Shown: positions 53,001 through 64,000 of the stretch, in pieces
Position numbering within the stretch: position 1 is the stretch's first letter
Layout of the letters: each line of letters opens with the position of its first letter
Assembly (NCBI RefSeq): GCF_000181795.1
Contig: NW_003526943.1
Span: forward strand, 3,563,150-3,627,149
Reading direction: 5' to 3'
DNA: 64,000 nucleotides
From: Trichinella spiralis
Lineage: Eukaryota
Notes under the pieces: model-generated
What the model was told of the DNA's origin: nothing
Seen by the model: the letters and a program-made list of their open reading frames with translations, nothing else
Databases searched by the model: none
Made by a program: the position numbers and the translations under genes

Positions 53001-56000
53001 CTCAATTTGAAATGTCAGTTACTACAGAGCATTAAGTTCAACAGAGCTTCAAGTCAGCGAACATTTTCATTATACTTTATTTGACTTAACGTTATCGTAA
53101 GCCCATCATATTCAGTGGAAATGCAGAGGCGAACAACGTAGGAGGAAAATCCACTTTTGCAAACTCGAATACTTCCAAGAAGGCATCAAAATGCTCAACC
53201 CGAACAAGCTAAAATTATTTCATCATAATCTTTCACCAAATTTGCAGTATGTCTCATCACTAAGTATTTATGTTGCGTGATCTGTGAAACAACGATTAAT
53301 TTTGCATACATCAAATCAACGAATGTGATGATTTACAATCATTGGCAGTTTATCTCAAGGAATAAGCAGGAAGGTGAGTCCCCCTGGATGTCTATGAGCA
53401 GCTGAAGCTAAACGGTCAGGACTACTGAGCAGTACTGTGGCGATGCATTTTCATTACAATAACAAACAAATTTTTTACAAAATAGAGGTTCTATTACTAT
53501 TTTGAATAAGTTTAAATTTTATTCGTAAAATAAATTTCATTTTTAAATAGTGTTGCCTGAATTTTGGATTTATATTGCTTTTCTAGCTTATTTTGTAAAC
53601 TATAATTAACACACTGCTAGTATTACTTTCTGATGCCAATAACTGATAATGCAATCGCAACTTGTCAAAGTATGATATAATTATATTTATATTTCAGTCA
53701 TTTTCTATTTTTATTTTAAAATTTTCAAATTAGACATAAAATCAAAACATGATATTGCTGATTATTATTAATTTGTAAAAACTGTAAACTTAAAAATATG
53801 CAAAATGCAAAAATAAATGCAGTTAATCATTGGAAGAATATATTACAAAATTTAGTTATTATTTTACTTTATAAATTAATATTACATAATTATGAAATTT
53901 TTTAATTAAAATGCTTGGAATTTGAAATGTTATTTTAAGCATTCAAATTCTTGAAATCACTATCGTAAAATCTGCAATTTAAAATTTCTTCTCATTATTA
54001 GATATATTTACCATTCTTCATTTTAGATTTCAATCTGCGTAGATATTTCAGTTTGCATTAAATATCGATTTCAGCGCAGACGATGATGTTGAAATCATAA
54101 AGTTATCATTTCAAATGTAATGCAATTTTATAAGAATTTTTCAAAATAAACGTAACTACCTGTTTGAAAATTTTCAATGGTTCGATTATGATGTCAAGTT
54201 TTATTATAGGAGTGAAAAATAAAAGAATATTATGAAAGAAGATTTTGATACAGCTTGCACTGCATCCGTTTAAAATATTATTGGGTAATTTTATGTAGAA
54301 TATGAATTATGGCATTGCTGATATTGCTTTGTAGACTGAAGAAATTAATACATATTAATCTTAAAATTCAGATGCGAGCTTAACAGAAATAACAAAGATT
54401 AAGCAGAAAAATGAAAACATTATGAAGCACATTTTCGAAAGTAAACTTATATTAAATTAGTAAATTAAATTAATTATTACCTGCAAATAAAATTTAAAAA
54501 ATATCACAGAGTGTGTAGCGATGATCCAATGAAATGTGTGTCTGTTTGATAATTTCCGATTCTACTGGAAAGTGAAAAATGAATAACTATTCAGTAGATG
54601 GCAGTTTAATGAGGAAACAGTTTTCTAACATGAAGCTCCAATTTTCCACCAATTCAACCAAATCCTTAATGCAGGATTGTCTTTATTGCTACTAGCTGTT
54701 TGGGATGGATTTTTAAAATTAGCGGGTCGCTTTATTGCAAGTTTCGTCATTTGATATATAAGTCGTATAAATTTGCTTTGGCATGGCCAATGCAGCAATT
54801 ACGCTGATGTGCAGAGAATGAATTCCCGATATGAGCAGAGAACGGTTATGTAGGAAACATGCCTGATATCTTCCACAATTTCTCCTGCTCTAATGATAAA
54901 CTGGGAAGGGTATGACGTCAACGTGGTGGTCAGCTACGTACTAACTGAAACTAGCTAACCGGCACAATGTGGTGCCCGTTAAAATTTTGGCCAATTTCAA
55001 AATTGTATAAACGAATTTCTCAGCAGGCGCCGTCTCTTTATCACATTCATTAGCCATTCCTATTTGGGTTACATTCGTCAAAGCGTCCCTTGCTCTCTCG
55101 GCACATGGCAGTCGATTTGTGATCGATTTTTGAGTTTACTCCTCAGATATGATAGAGCTCTATCTATCTATCCATCTATACCAAAACTGATTCATCCTTT
55201 GCCTTTTTTTTATTTTCATATCTTCTGCTACTTTCCACTGGACAGTATATTAATAGAACTGAAAGCCAAATTACTTGGAAATAATGCTTTATTTTATTAT
55301 TCTAAGAAGTGATCAAGTATTTTTATTGCATAATCAAAAGTGGAATGTTTTACACAATTTTGAAAACAACACTTCATAATTCTGTTCATCTTTTGCCTAA
55401 TGACTTCTTGAGAATATTTTAAATATGAACCGTTTTCTTAATTGTAGATCGATTTGTTCGCTTCAATGATGTCAATTTAAAGTCAAGCATATTTTATACA
55501 GCTGAATTAAAGATTCAAAGAAAAACTATACGGTCCATTATCGATACCATTATTTACTTATTTATCTATTTTTTCAGCTCTTTATTATTAATAAACTGTC
55601 AATTTTCTCTAATTAATCCATGACAAACTGAAAAAATAAAAACAAAATACCTATTTATCATTTAATCGCTTAATGCTAATGAAAAAATACACAGAAAGTA
55701 ATACTATCAGAAATTTGAGATTAATACAAAAAAATTCACCAGATTATCAAATTTCAGGAACGTTTTCTGACTTTAGGCAAAAAGGATAACAACTCTTAAA
55801 AAATTAAAGTTTAAAATAAATTTTTGATTTTAAAAAATCACAAAAAATATTCTTATTGTCATTTTTTGTGGATTTTCGAAATAAAGAAACTGCAAAATTT
55901 GCATAAACGAATGAAACGCACATTTGATTATTTTAAATCTTACCGTAGACAATAAAGCATTCTGCGATTTATGAGATGAAAAATGTGCAACTACCATGAA

Positions 56001-59000
56001 TTTTCTAATTTAAAAGTTTTTTATTTTATATTAAAATGAACAATCGCACGTTCTGTTGCGGCATACGCTTGATAAATGACATGGATGAAATCGTGTTATA
56101 ATAAAATTTTAATTCTTGAAGAATTATTTATTTCTTGTTTGATGGTCTTGCTTTAAATGTACAAGTTTAAAATTTTAGCAAATTTATTAGAATAAACATC
56201 GCAGGTTGTTCTATTTGAGTAAGTGAATTTTAAAATGATTTTTCAAATTTGTGCGCAGTTTCTTTCTTATTGAACCTGCACATATGAAAGAATAAAGTTC
56301 ATTTATTTATAATTTTGTTTTAAATAAACGTTTAATAAATGATATTATCAATAATAATAATTTATTAATATTAAAAAAGGTTATCAAAGCAGATTTATAC
56401 ATTATATTTAATGATAAAATCTTACTCAAACCAAGTTCTGCTAAATCATATCCAGTCACTGAGAAAATAGATATCATATGATAATAAATAGATTTAAAAC
56501 GCAGCATTTGTATTTTTTTAAAGTTTAAAATTTTTCATGCTAGTATACAATAGTTTTGTAAATAAAAAAAGTTATATATTTTTGACAAAATAAAATATGA
56601 TGTAGCATTAAAAGAATAAAAGAACTGCTTTTGAAATAAATTTTACATTAAAAGAATTATTTTTTACTTTTAATGTTTAGTATTGCTCGAAACCTTTTCA
56701 TAAATAAACGAACAAATTATCTGCAGTTGTTTCATTTAAAGATAAAAAAATATATATTTATATATTACTGGCGTTGTGTATTAAAAAATTATCATTTGTT
56801 TTTGAATGAACTATCAATTTTGTTTTAACACAAGTGTTCGATGTTTTCAAGCTTCTTCATTTTTTTCTTATCATCTGCAATTTTTATGCAATTGAAACAC
56901 TCTAATCTTTCGTTAATCAGTTTTCTTTTTAGAATGGATCTACATCTTTATATATATATATTTATAGCTGAAATTTTGAAAAGAGCAGTAAAAAGCATTT
57001 TCAAATTCAAAGCAGTATATTTAATCTGAAATAAAAAATTATAATTAAGCGCAGTTTACCAATTTGTAGCGCATTGTAATTAGCGCAATTTTAAAAAATC
57101 AAATTCAATTAAAATTCCCAAAATGACATGAAATTTACGCAAATATTATTGTTAAAATGTTGTAAATATTTCAATTTTAATTGTACAGAGCAAAATCAGT
57201 GCAAATAGCATCGTTCATTGAATTTGCTAAAAAAATTGAACCTGAAAATATGTTACTTATGATTTAATCAATAAAAGAAAAATTATTTTTTAATTAAAAA
57301 GAAAATGTCCACTTATCAAGATTTGATAATGAATATTAAACAACATTCACATGCAACATTTTGATAAGTGTTAATGAAAAAGGAATTTGTTATTTAAATC
57401 AAAACTATGCATGACATGTACTGTAATTGCACAAAAAACAAAGTGTGACGAAACGAGGTGTCTGTTGTATACAGAATTTACGTTCAAATTCTACAAATAT
57501 ATATTTCATAATTTTAACTTTCTATTAAATTTCATTACTTCTGTATGATCACACAATTCCATAATTGAATGTAAATTTTATTTGTACAATGTTGTCAAAA
57601 AATATTTCTGTTCAGGTGTATTAGTGAATCACTATGGTATTTCTTTTATTGATTTTCATCTTTTTTCAAATAAGAGAAAAAAATTGCATTATCACGATAA
57701 GCATTTTAATTTCTCATTGCGAATGTTTTTTTTTGCAATAAAATGACTCGCAATATCTTATTATTTTACTTTACATTATTAACTGCATTGAAAAAGAATG
57801 TCACTCTTTTATCGTATCCTGAGCAGAACTTTTATTGAGCTCAAGTTTTACAAAATGAAAAAACTCTTAATCATAATATGCTTTTGCCTCGACGCATAAA
57901 AAATATATTATGTGTACAATTTTTTAATAAATAAATTTAATAAAAATAAAAATTGCAACATACAATTAAATCAATTGAAAATGAATGGATAATTGATAAA
58001 TTTTTAGCCGTTGTAATGTGGAAAAATTGCCGAACGTAATTGCAGTGCAATTACTGTTGCAGTTTGATTTTTACGATGCATTGTTTAAATAAAAATCGCC
58101 ATTTTGACAGTGATAAACAATTTTTCAAATTGTTCAACAAAGAAACCTGATTTAACTTTAAATAAAACCAGTTTGTCCCAATGAAATCAGTTTAGTTGAA
58201 CGAAAACTTAACTGAACTTTTACAAGTGATCTTATTATTTCAAAATTTATTGTACAGTTTAATGTTAATTGCCGGCCGGTGTTTTTCCTCTTTTATTCAA
58301 CGTTTCCAAATTGTCCTGTTCCACAAGCAGGAAGTGTGGTAAGTTTTTACAGAAATATGAATTGTCGATTTTCACACGCACATTTAAAATTATTCCAATT
58401 TTTTCATATCATATTTCATAATTCTTCGTTTTCTCAAAATAATCAAAGCAATAAACGAATGTCACTTTGATAAGAAAATGCCAATTATTCCTTTTGAAAT
58501 CAATAATTACAGAGTTTTGTAAAGTTGTTCAATGAGAAAAAACAAGTTAAACCATGCTTGTCCATTGCTTTTCAAGCTCACAAAATTAGCCTTTGGAAAA
58601 TGTCAAAAACGCAACTGCTTTTTTTCTATCCAAATAAATTTTGCCCTTTCAAGTGTACGCATTCTTTTTAATTATATCTTTCAATTTCACAACATTCTCC
58701 AATTTGACGTTTACATATGTATATATTTAAAGTGCTTTTTAAATTCCAAACTATGATGAGATTCAACTGTTCGTTGAATATTTTTGCCAATTTGAAATTT
58801 GTCAGTGAAACAAAATCCTTCTCGACAATTGGTTAAACAAATCATTTTATCCGCTCAAGTCAACAAAAATAAATAAGAACATCAATTATTTTTCCTTTAA
58901 TAAATAATTTATATTGTTTGAGCAAAGTTCATCCATCCCTGCCTATTTCACATGCAACAAAGAGTGATTTCATTCGGTATTCCGATAATTTCAATACTGG

Positions 59001-59872
59001 CAATTTACCGTTTCATCCGCAAATGTTTTGCTTGCAATAATAATAATACTTTTTTCCTCTATATTTCAAAGTTATAAATTTCAAAAAATATTTTTAAATG
59101 AAATTTCATTATTTGTTGCAATTAAAAAAATATCAATTTTCTAGAATTTCTGCAAATTGCATTTTTTTTTCAAATTTGATGTTCATGTACAAATTGTACA
59201 GTAATCCAGTGATTTTCCCCCAGCTGCAGGATGATGAATTTTCGTCGCTTTGAACAGCAGCAGCAGCGGAGCAGTGTGATTGGAAATGATTGTTGTCGAC
59301 GCTTGTGCGTCAGCAGAGACGGCCGGTCGACTGAATTGAGCTTGTTGTTGCTGCTGCTGTTGGTGTTGGTGTTGTGCTTTAGCGTTTGGTTCGCGTCGTT
59401 TGTTGTACAGCTTCCATTGAATAAATTGAACCTTGCTTGCTTGGTTGGTTGCCTTGCAAGACCGGCTCAAAATTTTCCACCCACGTTCCAAAAAAACATA
59501 ATAATGAAAACAGGTCATGGTCTATTTGCATTTGTGAAAAATTTTTCTCCTACCACCGGCGGCTTTTCGAAGCATTTTACACGTTTTACCATCATTTGCG
59601 AGCGAGCGATTTATTTTATTCGATTATGCTTATTATTATTATTATTGTAAAGTTGTTTAATTGTTGTTCTTTTTTTTGTTGTTTCAGAAAACTTTCTCTC
59701 ACTTCTATTCACTACAACGATCAAAAAAATAGCTCGTGCGTGTGCATCGCTCGGCTAATTCCATTCCATTTGGAAAACGTCAAATCTGTTACCTCGGGTA
59801 ACAGAAAGTGCTTTTCAAAAGTTGCTTTTCTCGTTTTTTGCATTTTTCACTTAACTATCGTCAGTTGGGAAG

Positions 59873-60523
59873 ATGCATTTTACGGGTTTGCAAGTTTTTT
59901 CATTTCTTCTACTGCTTGCCGGCACTGGGTTGGTGATCGCGTCGGTCGCCACTGGTTACTGGTCGTACGAGTCGAGCGGCTTGAAAGCTGGCAATTTGGA
60001 CGCTTATGAAAAGCGTCGTGGCCTTTGGGAGAAATGCCACCGCTTTTTTGGCATTTCCGGTATTCTCGGCGATAAAGCCCAGGACGGTTATCGATGCGTC
60101 AATCGTTTCAAAGCTTTGCTGGAACAGGTCCAACAAGGTGAACTGACTTGGAAAGATGTGGAAGTTCAATGTGAGTCGAGTAGAAATGTAAATTTCCAAA
60201 TCGTAGATTATCTTCTTTTTTTTCAGCATGGGAAATTGCTGTTCTTGCTTTGATGAGTATTTCGGCTTTGATCAGTGTTATGTCGTTGATATTTTCTCCT
60301 TGCTGCTGCAAACGATGTGGTTGTTGTCTAACTTTTTGGGTATTGATTGCCGGTATGAATACGAATTTGTGTGATTCATCTGTATTTGTTTATTATTGTA
60401 ATTTTATTTTCGATTATTTCATTTCAGCACTTTGTACTATTTCCGGAGTTGGTTTGTATGCCTACGAAGCGACAGCAGTTCAAGATAAAGCAGTACCTGA
60501 CCTCAACGAATTGATCAGTGGAA

Positions 60524-60554
<31 letters not shown>

Positions 60555-60730
60555 GATGAATTGTGAATTCGTATTCTTTTCTTTCATCTGCTGCGAATCT
60601 TCTTTTTTCTCAGGTCACTTTTGGATGGTCGTTTTGGTTGGCTGTGGCTGGAGGCTTGTGTCAGATTTTTTCAACAGTTGGCTTTGGCGTCTCCCGAGCA
60701 AGACACCAGCCTTATTCTCACGTCATTTGA
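59873..60730 (+). CDS. Claudin/PMP22/EMP-family tetraspan membrane protein (clc-like), 212 aa
   Basis: Exons 59873-60170, 60227-60352, 60428-60525 and 60614-60730 total 639 nt with GT-AG introns in phase. Four hydrophobic segments, the signature W...GLWEKC...C in loop 1, and FGWSFWLA before TM4. Confidence 0.9.
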
Positions 60731-61972
60731 AAAATCTTTCAATAATTACCACAGAATTGTGTGGAATACAGTTCTTTCTTTTTATTTACACTTATCTCTA
60801 AGCAAAATTGTTCATTATATATATATATATATAATCTCTTCAATATTCAGCTTGTTTATTTAAAAAAAAGTTATGTAAGCTTTTTGTTTCGTAGAGTATT
60901 TTTTTCATTTTACACTGTCCCACCACACTGGTCGACTGCGTTAAATCATGTCGAATCAGCATCGTTCGAAAAGCCGTATTTAATTGATTTATTGAATTCT
61001 TTTAATTTTTTACTTTTATTATAAAATTCATTTGTTTCAATATATATATATATTGTTTTTTCAAATCAGTTCTAAGCTAAAGAAAGAAGATGAGATCAGT
61101 CAGCTATTTAATTAAGTTTTGATCGTTGAGAAGAATATTCTCATTCTCATATATATATTTCAAAAAATTACACCTATCTTGTTCGCGTTGGTTGATCAGT
61201 TCCACTTCTGCTGTGTGTAGACAGAAGACACACGCATATTGTCTGTTTGATTCCGCTGCTGTTGCAGTTGACAAGAACGGATGAAAATCGTTTCGTGTGA
61301 CAGTTTTATTTTTTTGTTTTTTGTTTCAATTGAATATTTTGTGCATTAAAGACAAATTTTGTTTAGTGTGCTTATATTTTTTTGAAAAAAAAATTTTTTT
61401 TTTCTCCTATTTGAAACAAACACACTGCAAAAAAGACAAAAGTTGGTTGAAAAGCTAGTAGCAAAAGCAGCAGCAGCAGTGGTGATGGTGGTGATTAGTG
61501 GTTTCCTAGCAGTTTTCAAGCGAATCTTCTTCCTGATTAGCTTCTACTGGCCGGCTATTTCGGTGTGCATGATTTGAAAGGACGAGGGGAAAAATGAGCA
61601 GAATCGACTGAAGAACAACAACAAGCACGAATAAGATGTACAATCAGCGTGGACGATCGGCTTGATCGGTTGGTGTTGATCCAATTTTAGTTTAAACAGA
61701 AAAAATTATTGGTCGACATTGACTCTCGGCTAAAGAGAGTAGTAGATAATCTTTGGATTGTGGACGACGACGACGATGCGCGCATTTGCATTCTTGGTCG
61801 ACGCACTCGGCTTCAACTTCTAGCAGCAGCTGTGCTTTTTCTAACAACAATCATCCATTTCGTTGTTGCTGGCTGGCTGGCTGCCTATTGAAGAAAATGG
61901 ATTGTGAACCGTGTCTCCTCGCCCTGGGGATAGAGCTTTCTCGCAACAATTTTCCATCTCTCCACCACATGC

Positions 61973-62040
61973 ATGTATTTGTTTGTTTGTTTGTTTGTTT
62001 GTTTGTCTGTGTATGCTTGAATGTTGTTGTTGTTGTTGTG
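61973..62040. repeat. Compound simple repeats (GTTT)n and (TTG)n
   Basis: Read directly. Source of the low-complexity spurious ORFs at 61753-62124. Confidence 0.8.
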
Positions 62041-62530
62041 TTAGACTGCTTTTTTTTCTCTTTCCCTTCGGCATCATCACAACAAGTTTGTATTGATTTT
62101 ATTATAGAAGAACCAATTTTCTAACCGACGTAAGAGCAATAGAACATGAGATGATTGCTGCTGCTGCTGCTGGTTTGTATCATTCATTCAAATGCAGCCG
62201 ACAAAAAACCAACTTATCGTACGGCATTATTTTTTGTAAATTTTAATTCTTCACTCACTGATCACACACAGCCTCTTTTGGATGATGAATCAACGATTGA
62301 TCATCTCTTTCAATATTGACAACCCTGATGAATCATGCATCCGATTGTATATTGTGTATTGTGATCAGAATTAAAAGCAGACACAAAAGGGTGGTGGTGG
62401 GAAAGAGGAAGAAATTTTCATTTGCACTAGCCGTGGGATGACCTTTGTCCAGACCGTAACGACGTTGTTTACCAAGTCGGCAGGTTCTCGATTGATCGTT
62501 AGCCGTGGCGCCTAGAATGCGGATAATGCT

Positions 62531-62737
62531 TTAGTTGGGGCAGAGATTGTGTGGAAAAGGTTTCGATTTGCTGTTGTTCACTGGCAAAAAGGCCAAAGAA
62601 AATCGAAACTGCCCCTCCTTGCTCCGGGTCTTCAAACCTTCAGCTGGAAATTGATTTTCCCCCCCTCGTCTCCCCTCCCCCTCACTTTTACCAATATTGC
62701 TTGCTGAACTGTCACTGCGGAAGCGAATCGTCATCAC
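62531..62737 (-). other. Possible exon(s) of an unidentified gene entering from beyond the right edge
   Basis: TTTCAG acceptor, then VMTIRFRSDSSASNI, then a GTAAAA donor. The peptide resembles the C-terminal strand motif of CUB domains. No complete gene model could be built. Confidence 0.25.
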
Positions 62738-64000
62738 TGAAACAGAAACATTATTCAATGTTGTTACTGAACCGAACAAAATTAGCTGTTCATTTTGCAA
62801 TCAAAAAACAACAACAACAGCAAAACTATTAAAATGCAAATACATGCACGTATAATATATATGTATATATATATATGCATGCAATTGCACCGAACAATTT
62901 TGATCAAAGCATTCAAAATTGACAAGCTATTCATTGGTATTGTTGCTTTTGATTGCTGCGTGAAAAACACTTTCAACACTCATTGTATAGGAAATGATTA
63001 ATAATTTTTAGGACATGTTGAAGGTCGTCATATCGTTTGAAACTAGAATTTGAAGAAAGCCTTTTTCAACTCTACCATATACCTGCATCTATAGATAGAT
63101 ATATTCATATTATAACATGTGATGACGAACGTTGTTAACCCAGTTAGCAATTTTATACAATTTTTATTTATAACTTGACTTTACGAGTAGAAAAAGAGAA
63201 ATAGCAAAAGATGCACTTCTCTCTCTCTCTCTTTCCACGTGGATGGATACTTTAAAATTTTTTTTCATTTCAACATTTCGTTATCTGAAATTTGCAATCA
63301 AATCGTGCAAAACTTGCGAACAACACTTGCAAAATGAGGAAAAATTCATTCTTAGCGGTGGGATCTCGTGATTTAGATGTTCAGATTTAGAAAAATCGAC
63401 AATATTTTTCCCACTTCTATCAAATTCACTCAGCTCTGATCAATTCCAATGATGACGATGATTCATTCATTCATTTGTTGAAAATAACACGACAAACAGT
63501 TTTGAATGCTTTTTTGAAATTATTTTACTTGTTTTGTTGCTCGCTGTCAGACAGCGGTTAGTATAATTTTTTTTTAATATAAATTTAATTCATCATCATC
63601 ATCATTAAAACTAGTTTTGATTTATTTGATTTCACAAAAAAAATTTTTTTTTTTCAATATTCATTGAGTTTAGTTGGTCAACTGAAAATTCTCTTTTTTT
63701 TTTCAAAAATTCTACACTTACTGATCCAGAAGATTAATTCGATGATAATTTAAAAAATTGAAAAGTATAAAATGAGTAAAGCAGCTTGTTTGTTTGTTGA
63801 AATTTGTTCCACTGTTTAATGTGCTTTTCTCAGCTTATAATTGTGTGAATTCAAAAAAGAAAATTATTCTTCTTCTGGTTGATCAGTGATTTTCAATCCG
63901 CTTCCCTCAGGGCTTTGTTACATTAGTTCAATATGACGATCTGCATATAGAATTTGTCCAATTTCCCACGAGTTGAAGAAATCTAATCAAAATAAATAAA

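Noticed and set aside
59183..59872. ORFs with poly-Gln and poly-Leu tracts upstream of the claudin gene
   Set aside because: They derive from CAG/TTG/TTA simple repeats in the probable 5' UTR and first intron.

Overview
This is AT-rich eukaryotic genomic DNA with many short (about 50-90 nt) GT-AG introns. Gene content and intron style point to a nematode, probably a clade I parasite such as Trichinella (inference only). I spliced eight protein-coding genes by hand: an orphan secreted acidic/Pro-rich protein (+, 1656-2719), ribosomal protein S14/uS11 (-), CAAX prenyl protease Rce1 (+), an astacin-EGF-CUB metalloprotease (-), Tousled-like kinase (+), a secreted two-MAM-domain protein (+), a GAR-type muscarinic acetylcholine receptor with an uninterrupted 2.3-kb ORF (-), and a claudin/PMP22-family tetraspan protein (+). 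Two decayed LTR retrotransposons sit tail-to-tail just upstream of rps-14: a Ty3/gypsy element with both LTRs and a BEL/Pao element. About 24 kb between the receptor and claudin genes has no recognisable coding exon. I found no new multi-gene system that I can support. The best unexplained signals are at the RNA and splicing level: two tandem-duplicated 45-nt exons in the MAM gene, a stop-containing cassette plus microexon in the long TLK intron, and a strand-specific hairpin in the rps-14 5'-UTR intron. All gene models and family calls come from manual reading and remembered motifs, not database searches.
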